This document shows positions 1 to 11,877 of a DNA stretch of 64,000 nt, piece by piece (positions within the stretch are counted from its first letter, which is position 1; the number at the start of each line of letters is the position of its first letter). The position numbers were made by a program, and so were the translations under genes. The stretch comes from Entomortierella parvispora E1425 (lineage: Eukaryota > Fungi > Mortierellomycota): contig LC659289.1 of assembly GCA_020891255.1 (NCBI GenBank), forward strand, positions 2,034 to 66,033, given 5' to 3'. The notes beneath the pieces are model-generated. The model was given only the letters and a program-made list of their open reading frames with translations. It did not search any database and was not told the DNA's origin.

Positions 1-1440
1 TAATTTCGAAAGAAAGAGTGGCTATTAAATTGTATAATTTGATAGCTGGCACATAAATGTGAGGTACGACTGTTTACTAAAAACACAGCACTTTGCCAAC
101 ATAATAATGGATGTATAAAGTGTGATACCTGCTCAATGCCAAACGTATAAATTTTTTGGTTTCACGATCAAAAATTAAACATTGGTCAATAGCGGCTGTA
201 ACTATGACAGTCCTAAGGTAGCGAAATACCTAGTCGGATAATTGCCGACGTGCATGAATGGTTTAACGATACTTCAACTGTCTCCAGGAGAGACTCAGTG
301 AAATTGAACTAACCGTGATGATGCGGTTTACCTACAGCTAGACACGAAGACCCTATGAAGCTTTACTGTAGTTAATTATTGTTAATTTTATATTAAGATA
401 CAGCAATAAGGTAGTTGATTAAACAAAACTGAGAGCCCTTAACTTAATATAAAATTAACTAAGATAATATTCAATCTTTATATAGCTTCTTTCTTGTACC
501 TTTTAGGTAAAGGTTTTGAAGGTTTTTGACTTTCAGAATCTTATAGGCTGAAATATATAAAGTATCTTGAATATTCTTCCCCCTCCTGCGGAGGGGGACC
601 TGGAAAATTTTATAAAATAATAGCTTCTCTATTAGGAGGAGATCTGTCTTTCGGGACAGATAAAATATTAATTTATAAAGGTACCCCAAAGGGAAAATGA
701 TTAATTGGCAGTTTACCTGGGGCGGGATTCTCATAAATAGTATCTGAGAAGTACAAAGGTTTGTTTAAATTGGATGGAAACCAATGGGTTTATGATAACC
801 TAATTAAGCGTAATGGTATAAACAAGCTTAACTGTAAGACAAAAAAGTCGAACAGACGCGTAAGCGGGTCATAGTGATCCGATAGTTTCATTATGGAATG
901 GCTATCGCACAACTGATAAAAGTTACTCTAGGGATAACAGGCTAGTCACTGACGAGAGTCCATATTGACTCAGTGGTCCGGCACCTCGATGTCGACTCAT
1001 CTTTTCCTGGGGGTTGTAGTTGCTCCCAAGGGTTCGACTGTTCGTCGAGTAAAAAGGTACGTGAGTTGGGTTTAATACGATGTGAATCAGTATTGATTAT
1101 ATCTACTGTAGGAGTTAGAATAAGAATAGCAGTTTATCTTAGTACGCAAGGACCAGATTAAGTGCACCTATGGTTTACCAGTTGTATAACATTATAATTA
1201 ATGAATGCATGGCTGGAAAGCTATGTGCATAAATGATAACTACTGAAAGCATATAAGTAGGAAACAGAGCTATGAATTATTCTTTTCCTTACATTCTTTG
1301 GATGTAAAAGGAATTAAATTAGCAATAGACTATTGCTTTGATAGGCTACCCAATATTATAACAAATAGGGAAGTTAACTTTTTAGTTGACTGTGAGGTGT
1401 AAGAATAGTAATATTTTAAGCCATCTATGTACTAATCTTT
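1..1440 (+). rRNA. rnl: Mitochondrial LSU rRNA, 3' part (window starts inside the gene; 3' end approximate)
   Basis: Conserved domain IV-VI motifs: GCGGCTGTAACTATGACAGTCCTAAGGTAGCGAAAT (~191-226), GGGATAACAGGCT (~930), GGCACCTCGATGTCGACTC (~980), GAGTTGGGTTTAATACG (~1062), CTGAAAGCATATAAG (~1243). Confidence 0.95.
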
Positions 1441-2010
1441 AATAATCTTGAAAATTACTTATCATTAACGCCCGTAGGGGAAATTAAAATAAAATAATAA
1501 ATATAATTTTATATAAATCAATATTTTCATTAGAAAAGAAGATATTAGTAAGAATTTTGTTTAATATAAAATAAGCTATAATATAAATAAGCTATAGTAT
1601 ATTACCTACTATAATTTTGATTGCTTATTTATAGATATATAAAAAATCTATCGTTTTTAAAATAATTTTCTATTTCTGATATATTAGAGATGATTATTAA
1701 ATTACAATTAAAATGTTTGTTATTTCTGAATAACACATAAAAAAGTACTGTTGAATTGACACTAAAATAAACAAAAAATTTTTAACATAAATTTTGAAAT
1801 TTTTGTTTAATATTTCTATATTTTAAATACTTCTTTATGGATTCACTTATAAATATTAGTTTTACCTTTATTATTTTACAGGGTATTTGATCTGTCTGTT
1901 TCTGAAATAAAATAAATTATTACAGATAAATTATAAAATAAGTCTGAAAACTCTTTGATTTCTGATAAATAAAAATTTTTTTATATAAATTTATTATTAT
2001 AAATATAGAA

Positions 2011-2082
2011 GCGCGGATGACAGAATTGAACTATCAATACAAGATCATGAGTCTTGGGTGTTAACCATTACACTAATCCACA
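2011..2082 (-). tRNA. trnM: tRNA-Met(CAU), probably initiator
   Basis: Cloverleaf; anticodon arm CAAGA-CTCATGA-TCTTG; weak U1-G72 pair; UGUGGAU acceptor resembles fungal mt initiator tRNAs. Confidence 0.85.
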
Positions 2083-2275
2083 TTTTTTTTTAATAAATTA
2101 TATAAATTTTATAAATTTTTACCTTGTGAGGAAAGGGAATATCTATCTCAAATGAATTTAGTTTTTCAGAAGATAATGAAAAATTTTTTAATAAAAAAGA
2201 AACTTAGCTTTATTATACTTATTTATAAATTATTTATAAATTTATATAATTATAAATATATTTAGTTTTATATCT

Positions 2276-2349
2276 TAGGACTGAGAGGACTTGAACCTCT
2301 ACTATCGGTCTTATCAAGACCGCGCTTTAACCAATTAAGCTACAATCCT
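2276..2349 (-). tRNA. trnI: tRNA-Ile(GAU)
   Basis: Anticodon arm GGTCT-TGATAA-GACC; acceptor AGGATTG/CAGTCCT. Confidence 0.93.
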
Positions 2350-2410
2350 TATTTATTATTATTTATTTAACAAGTAAAATAAAAAGGGGGAGATTTTTTA
2401 AAAGCAGAAA

Positions 2411-2833
2411 TTACTCAGTACCATATCTAGAATCTTGATCGTTATTATTAGCTTGAATAATTGCCAAATTAAGAAAGGCATGAAAGTTAGCTAAATTTTC
2501 AGAATTATCATCATTTAGATCAATTGGTCCAAAAATAATAGTATAAAGGATATATAAGAGTATCATATGACTAAGCATATCTTTAAAATTTTTAGGACTT
2601 CCTTCAAATGATGTAGTATATACTTTATGCAAAAACCCAATTAAACCAGTTCTTACTCTCTTTCTGGGTTGAGGTATCTCGGACTCTACATCTATAAAGA
2701 TCTCACTATAAAGATCATTTGGCATACAATAAACTTCGTTATCTGTAAAAATTAAAGAAATAATAAAATATAATATATAAATTATAAGAAATCTTATAAG
2801 TTTATTCTTAAAAAAGGAAATTAGAAATAACAT
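2411..2833 (-). CDS. Orphan 140-aa ORF with hydrophobic N-terminus
   Basis: ATG start, open 140 codons; followed by C-rich 3' motif (minus strand AAATCTCCCCC, ~2386-2396) like bona fide genes; no family recognised. Confidence 0.5.
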   Translation of the reverse strand: MLFLISFFKNKLIRFLIIYILYFIISLIFTDNEVYCMPNDLYSEIFIDVESEIPQPRKRVRTGLIGFLHKVYTTSFEGSPKNFKDMLSHMILLYILYTIIFGPIDLNDDNSENLANFHAFLNLAIIQANNNDQDSRYGTE

Positions 2834-2966
2834 TGTTAATAAAAAAAGTTTAGTACAAAAAAATATTACTTAATTATTAAGTATGTATAACGATAAAAAT
2901 ATCCGTGGCCTATTCTTTTTTATTTATTATTCTATCGTTGTAAAAATATTAAAATGGGGCTTTAAA

Positions 2967-3039
2967 AAGATTCGAATTATTTAAGTTTTTAAACTTTAAT
3001 TTTAATGATCTTAAAAAGACTAATTATGTAATTACTGAT
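2967..3039. repeat. 73-bp dispersed repeat, inverted copy at 15242-15314 (1 mismatch)
   Basis: Direct comparison of the reverse complement. Confidence 0.9.
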
Positions 3040-3061
3040 ATTTATATCAAATTAAAAACAT

Positions 3062-3090
3062 CGCGCTTTAACCAATTAAGCTACAATCCT
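3062..3090 (-). pseudogene. Exact 29-nt copy of the 5' half of trnI(GAU)
   Basis: Identical to 2321-2349. Confidence 0.9.
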
Positions 3091-3207
3091 CTAATTAAAT
3101 TTTAAGCAGATGTCCTATTTATAAATAACTTTAGTCATTAGTTAATTAGTTAGATGAACATAAAAATATTAATCGTTATATATAATTAATAAGAATTTAT
3201 TAAGAAT

Positions 3208-3293
3208 TAGTTTATTATAATTCAGGTCTTAATTGACAAAAGAAAAGAAATAAAAATAAAATGTTAGCAATCTTAAAAGGACCAGGTTTATAA
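3208..3293 (+). pseudogene. Shadow of atp9 leader and first codons
   Basis: 3208-3239 matches 4174-4205 at 30/32 nt; then AAAATGTTA (ATG at 3261) giving MLAILKGPGL* versus Atp9 [12 protein letters not shown]. Confidence 0.6.
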
Positions 3294-3373
3294 AAGGTTT
3301 AGATTTTTTATATAGCACTAGATTAATTAAAGAAGAAAAGAACTCCTTTATTGTTTCATCTAAATTACATGAT

Positions 3374-3940
3374 ATGCTAATTGGTATATGTTTAGGTGAT
3401 TTGTATATTAATAGAAGAAGTATTAATTCATATTTATATTTTCATCAGGGACTTTTAAATAAAGAGTATCTTTATCACTTATTTGAATTATTTTTGAGTT
3501 ATTCTAATTATAAGGCTCCAATTTATAAAGAATATTTAAATAATAAATCCAATAAAATATATAATTCTACTTTTTCAATATGTTGTCATTGCCCTGTTTT
3601 AATTATTATCATGAATTATTCTATGTTGATAAGATTAAAATAGTTCCATTGAATATTGGTGAATTATTAAATGCTAGATCTTTAGCTTATTGGGCAATAG
3701 ACGATAGCTTTAAAATTGAAAGTGGATTTTATTTAAATACCAACTCTTTTACTTTAAGTGAAGTAGAATTATAAATTAATGTTTAAAAGAAAATTTTTAT
3801 TTAAATTGTACGAATCATAATAAAGGAAGAGATCAATATATAATATATATTAGAATTGAATCAATGATTAAATTTATATCTTTTGTTACACCATATTTTC
3901 ATGAATCTATGATGTATAAATTAACTGCTTATATATTATA
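3374..3940 (+). pseudogene. Frameshifted LAGLIDADG (type 2) homing endonuclease
   Basis: LIGICLGD motif, AYWAIDD motif and C-terminal HESMMYKL split over ORFs 3374-3643, 3580-3774 and downstream. Confidence 0.85.
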
Positions 3941-4176
3941 ATATTTATTTAGTGTCTGGTAAGGACTTTATCAATATATTAGTAAGCCTTTTATTTTTCA
4001 TTACTATTCAAATGAACACCCTCAGTAGGCTTATTTCAAATATAGTTGTTATAAAAATTCTTTTTTATAAAAACATTCTTTTAAAAATCTTTTTTTTTAG
4101 AAATTACAAAAATCTTAAGTGGTCATCAATTATTTTTACCGTTATTAATAAATAATAAGAATTGATTAAAATTTAG

Positions 4177-4449
<273 letters not shown>

Positions 4450-4500
4450 TTTTAACAAGTGCAAAATCCCCCTTTTTAATTAAATACTTATAAAAATACA

Positions 4501-5232
4501 ATGAATACAATATATAATTTAATTTTCAATTACTTTAATAGTAGTTTTGACTCCATTAATTTGGAAAATTTCCTTATTATTTTAGATTTTATTGGTCCTG
4601 AATTTTCTACAGATTCTACTAATATTATTCTATTATGCTCTAGCATGGTTCCTATTAAAATTTATAGTAATGCAGATACTATGAAACAAGATATACTAAA
4701 AGATAATTTTAAAAAAGTAGGTGTGTATAGATGGATTAACAATGATAATAATAAGACTTACGTGGGAAGTTCTATTAATTTATCTAATCGATTTAGACTT
4801 TATTTTAATAATGATTTTATTTCTGATAAAACCAGAAGTAAAAGTTTAATCCATGACGCACTTACTTTATACGGTTATTCAAAATTCACTCTAGAAATAT
4901 TGGAGTATTGCGATAAAAGTTCAGTACTAAGTAGAGAGCAGCATTATCTGGATACTTTAAATCCAGAGTATAATCTGTTAAAAATAGCAGGTAATTCTAC
5001 CGGATTTAAACATTCAGAGGAATCTATATTGAAAAGAGTAACAGCTTTTACAGAAAACAAAAAAGCTAGAAAAGCTTTAAACCTTTTAAAATTAAAAGAA
5101 AATATTAAAGAATATAAGATTTCTATTAATTTCCCTTTACAAGGTTCAAAAAGATCTCTCGAAACTATAGAATTAATGCGGAAAAATCACTCTAGAAGTA
5201 AAACAGTTTACGAATATAAATCAGATAAATAA
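4501..5232 (+). CDS. Free-standing GIY-YIG endonuclease (C-terminus probably truncated)
   Basis: GVYRWINNDNNKTYVGSS, LSREQHYLD, PEYNLLKIAG. Confidence 0.88.
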   Translation: MNTIYNLIFNYFNSSFDSINLENFLIILDFIGPEFSTDSTNIILLCSSMVPIKIYSNADTMKQDILKDNFKKVGVYRWINNDNNKTYVGSSINLSNRFRLYFNNDFISDKTRSKSLIHDALTLYGYSKFTLEILEYCDKSSVLSREQHYLDTLNPEYNLLKIAGNSTGFKHSEESILKRVTAFTENKKARKALNLLKLKENIKEYKISINFPLQGSKRSLETIELMRKNHSRSKTVYEYKSDK

Positions 5233-5406
5233 TTTTAATTATTAAGTACAATTCTTTAAAACAAGCCCAGAAAATAATCGGATTTATTTGTGAATATATC
5301 GTGATATGTGTAAAAGCAAGTAAATTATCATATAACTCATCTTAATACTCTTTTACAGAATTGTAATAATTTTGCCATTAAAAAACTCTTACTCCTTTAC
5401 TAGGAT

Positions 5407-5444
5407 CTATTATTATACTCATAATTGTAATAACAAAATTTCCC
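5407..5444 (+). pseudogene. Shadow of atp9 3' end
   Basis: CTA TTA TTA TAC TCA TAA (LLLYS*) followed by ACAAAATTTCCC, mirroring the atp9 end and its AAAATCCCCC motif. Confidence 0.6.
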
Positions 5445-6020
5445 TTGATATATTATTTTTGTTAATTAATATTGCTTATTTTAACTATATAAATTATACA
5501 GTATATACAATATAAAATTTATATTATTATTTATGAATATCTTTTAAAAATTAATCTTTTATTTCCAATAGTCTTTGAATTCCATTCTATTTGAAAAAGC
5601 AGAGTTATAGTTTTTAACATCATATTTTTAAATACTTTAATAAGAGTTATATTTTAATAAGAGCTATACATAATATAGACATATTAAAATATTCAATTAT
5701 ATCTGAACGGTAGAAAAGAAATAAGTAATTTAAACTATCCAAAATTGGACTTTGAAGTAATAAATTTGTTTGAAATAACCCTTATAATATTTCAATAAAA
5801 TAAATACTAATAGCAATATTAGAAAAGCAAATCTATAAATTAAGATTATTAACAAGTGTTAAGATGGTATAGTTAATACTAGAATTTAAAATAAATTTAA
5901 TAGTAACATATTTGACATTTATTTTTAAATTTTTCTTTTTTATAATAATTTATTGTTATACTTACCCACCAATTAAAGCTAAACCCTTTTATTAAAAAAT
6001 ATTTATAAGAGAGGGGGGAG

Positions 6021-6383
6021 TTAAGACTCTTTGTCTTTGTTAGTGTAATTTAACGCTCCAGAGGAATACTCATAAATGAATCCAACTGTTAATACAATTA
6101 AAAAGAATAAAAGAATCCAAAATCCGGATTGAGAAATGCTATTCATTGAAACAGCAGCTGGGAATAATAAAAGTACTTCCAAATCAAAAACTAAGAATAA
6201 AATACCTACTAAGTAGAAATGAATAGAGAATTTTTGTCTAGCTTGTTCAACTGGAGAAAAACCACACTCAAAAGTAGTTAATTTTTCCTCGTTTGGTTTA
6301 GATTGAGCAAAAAATAAATTTAAACCTAATAAAGCTATTACAATAACCGGTACTAATATAAAATAGAATAAAAATGAATTCAT
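6021..6383 (-). CDS. nad3: NADH dehydrogenase subunit 3
   Basis: FECGF, FYLVGILFLVFDLE; start overlaps the nad2 stop (TAATG). Confidence 0.98.
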   Translation of the reverse strand: MNSFLFYFILVPVIVIALLGLNLFFAQSKPNEEKLTTFECGFSPVEQARQKFSIHFYLVGILFLVFDLEVLLLFPAAVSMNSISQSGFWILLFFLIVLTVGFIYEYSSGALNYTNKDKES

Positions 6384-7930
6384 TAGCAGTAATATTGAGT
6401 CGTAGCTATCATATGAATACTATTTAATATTGGTGTAGGGTAGATCATAAAGAAAATAATAAATAAAGTTAATATTGCTACAATGTAAACTAATATTGGT
6501 GATAAATTATTACTTCCTGATATTGAAATTGTATTATTATTAGTATCAGGTAAGAAAAGAGTTTTTATAATTTGTAAATAATATACTGTACTAATTACAG
6601 AAGTAATTACGATAACTAAACTTAAAAAATAATTACCATTCATTAAAGCTGTGTTAATTACAAAATATTTACCAAAAAATCCTATTAATGGTGGAATACC
6701 ACTCATTGAGAACAATGATAAACTAAATGCTATACTAAGAGCAGGATTGTAATAAAATTTACCTCGAAGTTGGCTAATATATTGTATAGGTGAGTAAATA
6801 GAAGTAATAGAATTTTTATCTAAAGTATTACCTAATAATATTAAAATTAAGAATATATTTAAACTTGTTATAGAATATTGAGTAATATAGAATAACGTAC
6901 TTTCTAATCCATTAATAGTATCATAACTTAAGGCTAATAATATTAATCCTACATGTGAAATAGTACTATAAGCTAATAATCGTTTTATTTTATATTGAGC
7001 TAATCCTGTAATAGATCCTAATAATAATGATAATAAAGCAGATATCATTAATAAATTAGAATCTATTAAGAAATTATTCATGATAAAAAATATTAAAATT
7101 GATAGTTTTGGCATTATTGTTAACCAAGTTGTAACTATAGTAGGTACTCCATCATATACATCAGGAGCCCAAGAATGTAATGGTGCAGCCCCAATTTTAA
7201 ATAATAAACCAATTGTTAAAATTAAAGTACCTATAGCTAAATAATTATAAGAATTTTCTTCAAATGATTGACCAATAACACTTTGTAAAATATTTAATGA
7301 TTCAAAATTTGTTAAACCTGTATAAGAATATATTAATGATGAACCTAATAAAATAAAACAAGAAGAAAGACCACCAAGTAAAAAATATTTCAGCCCTGCA
7401 GCTACTGCTGATTCTGAATTTCTATTCATAGTAGCTAAAATATATAAGGCGAAACTTTGAGTTTCAATTGATAAGAACATAATAATTAAGTCAGAACTAG
7501 ATATTAAAGATATCATACCTAACGTTGTAAATAAAACAATTAATGGGTAATCTATTAATTGCGTATTATTTTTTACAATTGGTAAAAATTTTTTAACAGA
7601 GTTAGAAACTAAATTATCCCAATAATTGAACATATTTGTTGTTGTTTTATTAAGATCTTTAATTTTTTCGTCTGAAGGCGTTATTAGTAAAATAATACTA
7701 CCTAAGATTAATATGAAAATTTCTAAGGAATGAGATAATAAAGTTGTTTGAAATAACCCTCCTAGTATTCCTATTCCTGATGATAGTGGTGTTACATACA
7801 ATGTATTATATGTTAATAAACCACTAAATAATAGTACTAGAAAAGCAATTCTGTGAATTAAGATTGTTGATAAATAAGTAGAAGCTAATGGTATCGTCAT
7901 TACTAGAGTAATTATTCCTAATAGTAACAT
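6383..7930 (-). CDS. nad2: NADH dehydrogenase subunit 2
   Basis: KYFLLGGLSS, FKIGAAPLHSWAPDVYDG, KRLLAYSTISH. Confidence 0.98.
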   Translation of the reverse strand: MLLLGIITLVMTIPLASTYLSTILIHRIAFLVLLFSGLLTYNTLYVTPLSSGIGILGGLFQTTLLSHSLEIFILILGSIILLITPSDEKIKDLNKTTTNMFNYWDNLVSNSVKKFLPIVKNNTQLIDYPLIVLFTTLGMISLISSSDLIIMFLSIETQSFALYILATMNRNSESAVAAGLKYFLLGGLSSCFILLGSSLIYSYTGLTNFESLNILQSVIGQSFEENSYNYLAIGTLILTIGLLFKIGAAPLHSWAPDVYDGVPTIVTTWLTIMPKLSILIFFIMNNFLIDSNLLMISALLSLLLGSITGLAQYKIKRLLAYSTISHVGLILLALSYDTINGLESTLFYITQYSITSLNIFLILILLGNTLDKNSITSIYSPIQYISQLRGKFYYNPALSIAFSLSLFSMSGIPPLIGFFGKYFVINTALMNGNYFLSLVIVITSVISTVYYLQIIKTLFLPDTNNNTISISGSNNLSPILVYIVAILTLFIIFFMIYPTPILNSIHMIATTQYYC

Positions 7931-8117
7931 CTATGTACTTAACATGTTTGTTTTATTTTTTCTTCTTTATAGCTATCAAAAACCAAATATACCTCCCCTA
8001 TTCTGAAGCTGAACCTTCGGTTTTTATTCTTAATTATAGATAGAATGAGTCTAATATAATTAACAAAAGAGTTCATTATCACTTCGTTAAAAGAGTTTAT
8101 CAACAAACTGATTTATG

Positions 8118-8870
8118 TTAATATATTAGTACTAAAGATATATAATTTTTATAAACTTTTTTAGTATCTAGATACGTAGATATAGTAGTTCTAGGTTTCT
8201 CTAATTTACGAACTGATTCTGAAACCGAATATAATTCATATAGTAATAAAAGGTCCGAATTATAAATATATATTCTTACCGGTTTAGTTGATTTAAGGAA
8301 AACTTTTTCATCTAATTTATTAACTATATTTCTATTCAATAGGTCCATTGAAAAATAAATATTATTTTTAAACAATCTACCAATTTTATATATTTGAATA
8401 TACTAACATCACTTATGTTAAATTTTTTTCCTGTCTCTTTAGCAGAGGGATACTGATTTAGTAATATTTTATCTGAGGAGAAAACATTTATAAACCCATT
8501 CCCTAATAATAAATCTTCAGAAGATTTACTTTGACTCATTAATCTTTTACTCTCTGAGGAATACTTGTGTCCAGCTCTAGAATCCGCCCATCTTAAAATA
8601 TTATATTTAGAATTATAGTTATTAATTAAATATTGCTCAAATTTTATAACTTCCTTAGTATTACTATCAGGTAATGTAGTTATTATTAAAGAGAAATTCT
8701 CATTCACAATTTAATAAAGCACTAATTATTAAAGAAGAATAATTCAATTTATGAGTATTATAAGTATAATAAAATTTTAATCGAGAAGCTAAATTAATTA
8801 AATTATCAATGTAACATTTAGAATTGTTTCTATTTAGCCAGATATAATAACCAGAAACATTTTTAACATT
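8118..8870 (-). pseudogene. Fragmented GIY-YIG endonuclease
   Basis: Degenerate GIY..YI at ~8860-8800, EQYLINNYNSKYNIL, NUMOD-like C-terminal pieces (ORFs 8336-8707, 8118-8375). Confidence 0.75.
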
Positions 8871-8975
8871 ATTGAAAATTTCTTCTCTTTGAAAAAAGGA
8901 TTATTGTAAACGGAAGTTTGGCTTATATTTTTTATTTCCAAGGGTAAAATATCTTATTAATAGTCTTCATTTAAC

Positions 8976-9038
8976 AAGGGGGATTTTTAATCCCTTGGTT
9001 TATAACTACTCCGCTGCTCGTTCCCGAACACCGACTAT
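8976..9038 (-). pseudogene. Second copy of rns 3' terminus (helix 45 plus tail and C motif)
   Basis: 8976-9012 identical to 10099-10135; adjacent GTTCG-GGAA-CGAGC hairpin is a diverged h45. Confidence 0.88.
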
Positions 9039-9148
9039 TAAAAAAATTTTCTCAAAGTAAAACTCCCCTTGTGTAAGGGGCCAATCCCACCCACCCATTC
9101 TACTTATGAGAAATTAAATTATAGTCTATTGACTATAACTTCTAAGTA

Positions 9149-10048
9149 CTATGACTCTGCAAACCAAATGTTAATTATTTCTTGTCTTATTTCCTGAGTA
9201 TAAACATTATTTTTATTTATATTATACTTATCAATAACAGATAATATTTTAATAATTTTATTTAAATTTTTTAATTTAATACCATATAAAGGATATTTTT
9301 TAAAAAAAGGAATTAGAGTAGATCTAAAAAATTCTTTATTTTCTATTAATAATCGTATTGTATTATTAGGGTAAATATTTAATTTATTATTAATATTAAA
9401 AAATTCTTTAATTTCATTCATTAATAGGAGATTATTTTTATGTTGAGTAAGACTAATAAAAATCTTACAAAATTTAGAGTTATCCAGAGTTAAAGTACTA
9501 GGATATATACTGATAGAACCATCACCTGCTATAAAACCTGATATATAATTACCATTAATAGGAATATAATTCTCACTATTTTTATTACAATGTGAAGGTA
9601 AATAATCTTCTAAACTTACACGTGAGCGATTCATATTTTTAAATAAATCTTGTAATTTTACTATCCCTTCTGAAGTCAAATGACTTTTAGATGTTATAAT
9701 TTCAGCAGCTACACACCAAGAATAAAAATCTTGTAATTTATTACCTCTTAAAGGATAATTTTTAAAATGTGGTATAAGAATATTATTTATATCTGATATC
9801 TTAGAAATAGTTAAATGTACCATGTCATTAGATCTAGGTTTAGAAATAATCCCACAATTCAAATAATTTTTAAATTTATTTAATAAATCTAAATCATTTT
9901 GCATTATTGCTATACTAAATCTTAATTTAGCCGTATATTTTCCAGCTTTCGTTTTGTAAATATTTATATTAAAACAACCTTCTGCTTCAGTAAACCCAGT
10001 AAAAAACCATCCAAAATCTTTATTATTTTGCATATTTTTGTTAACCAA
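9149..10048 (-). CDS. Free-standing double-motif LAGLIDADG endonuclease (TTG start)
   Basis: WFFTGFTEAEGCF and YISGFIAGDGSI motifs; intact 299 aa; flanked by AGTCTATTGACT direct repeats (9123-9134, 10073-10084). Confidence 0.92.
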   Translation of the reverse strand: MVNKNMQNNKDFGWFFTGFTEAEGCFNINIYKTKAGKYTAKLRFSIAIMQNDLDLLNKFKNYLNCGIISKPRSNDMVHLTISKISDINNILIPHFKNYPLRGNKLQDFYSWCVAAEIITSKSHLTSEGIVKLQDLFKNMNRSRVSLEDYLPSHCNKNSENYIPINGNYISGFIAGDGSISIYPSTLTLDNSKFCKIFISLTQHKNNLLLMNEIKEFFNINNKLNIYPNNTIRLLIENKEFFRSTLIPFFKKYPLYGIKLKNLNKIIKILSVIDKYNINKNNVYTQEIRQEIINIWFAES

Positions 10049-10099
10049 GGGTAAAGTGTAGATCCCCTCTTAAGTCTATTGACTTTTTAGATCTTAAAA

Positions 10100-11655
10100 A
10101 GGGGGATTTTTAATCCCTTGGTTTATAACTACTCCCCAGCACGTTCCCGTACCCGGACTATGTTTCGACTTAACAGCAGTTGTGAAGAAATGGACATAAG
10201 GAGAAATCATAGATATAAATTATATCTGGATACCGTTTTAATGGTAACTATTTTAGTTAAGATAAATTATAAATAAGACCTCCCTATTTGAGATTACTTC
10301 ACTTCCGCCGCTTGACGAGCGATTTGTACACGCCGAATATTATGTTTCACCAGGACATCCTGATTCCTGATTACTAGCAATTCCTACTTCATATAATCGA
10401 GTTGCAGATTATAATTCGTTTATTAACCTTTTTTAAAGATTAGCTCAAATATAAATTTTTGCTTCTTATTGTAAAGGTCTTTGTGGCACGTCTATAGCCC
10501 ACTTCATAAGGGCCATGAAGGCTTGTCTTAGTCCTAATTAACTCAACATTAATCGAGTACTTCTGTAGTTTAAATTAAACTTTATACAAAATTTCACCCA
10601 AGGGTAGATCTTCTTATTTTTAATTTTTATAATTACAGACAAGGGTTTTGCTTGTTAACGAAATTAATCTAACGTCTTACGATACAAGCTGACGACAGCC
10701 ATGCAACGCCTGTGTTACCAATTATATTGGTACATTGCAAGAAGTGGTAAGGTTATGCGTGGATTATCGAATTAAATAACATGCTTCACTGCTGGTCTTC
10801 AGCACCGTCAATACTTTTGGGTTTCAATCTTGCGACAGTACTCCCCAGGTGGAGTGGTATAGTCTTCACATTAAAACTGAACTTAATTTCCAATTTTATC
10901 CACTCATAGTTTAGGGTATGGACTACAAGGGTCTCTAATCCTTTTTGCTCCCCATACTTTAGTATCTCAGTGTCAGTGTTTAATTAGATAGATGCCTTCG
11001 CCTTTAGTGTGTCTACCAAGTATAATAAGATTTCATCCTTACTCCTAGTATTCCTCTATCTTCAATTACACTCTAGTATCTCAATTACATTTTATAGTTT
11101 TTCTATTGAAATTTTATAACTACTGTTTGATAATACAACCTACATACGCTTTAGACCCATTTATGCTGAATAACGTTAACCCCTCTCGTATTACCGCGAC
11201 TGCTGGCACGAGATTGGTCGGGATTAATAAATAGGTAACGTCATTATCCTCCCTATCTTAGAGGTATACCATAAAGATGCTTTTCCTCTTCTAGTTAGCT
11301 GGATCAATCTTTCGATCATTGTCCAAAATTCTTTACTGCTGACCTTTTTGTTAGGTATGGCTATTATTTCAGAGCCATTGTGGCGAACCCTCCTCTCAGA
11401 CTCGCTACGGATAATAGGCTTGGTAAGCCATTACCTTACCAACTACCTAATCCGAAATAGGCACATCCCGCGGCGAAAACTTTCCTTTTTCTTCTGGCAA
11501 GCCAGAAGTATATTAGGGATTAACCCTATCCATGGTGTAGCTTCCTATTTATTCCTCACCTGGTCGCTATGAATATATAATATTCATTCAACTAGCATGT
11601 ATTAAACTTCTAGATAACGTTGATTCTGAGCCAAATTCAAACTCTTGCGATATTA
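10100..11655 (-). rRNA. rns: Mitochondrial SSU rRNA (ends approximate)
   Basis: Minus strand AGAGTTTGAATTTGGCTCAG (5'), GTGCCAGCAGTCGCGGTAATAC, TTGTACAAATCGCTCGTC, AAGTCGAAACATAG and h45 GGAA loop (3'). Confidence 0.96.
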
Positions 11656-11877
11656 ACCATATAATGGTGACAAAATTTATTATTATTTCTATAAAAAAAC
11701 GGAGATACCCGCATATATTTAATTATATAATGAGAGCCATAACAAATCTAAATATATATTTTGAATAAAATTATTAATTTATTGGGCTCATTGTTAATAT
11801 TTAGGGGGGTGTTTATTCGTGTACTTATTGTTATATTTATATACCCTCTATCAGATACTAAATAAAGACTATTATAT

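Noticed and set aside
471-1161. ORFs 471-734 (-) and 973-1161 (+)
   Set aside because: They lie within rnl; incidental frames
11348-11572. 74-aa ORF
   Set aside because: Antisense to rns
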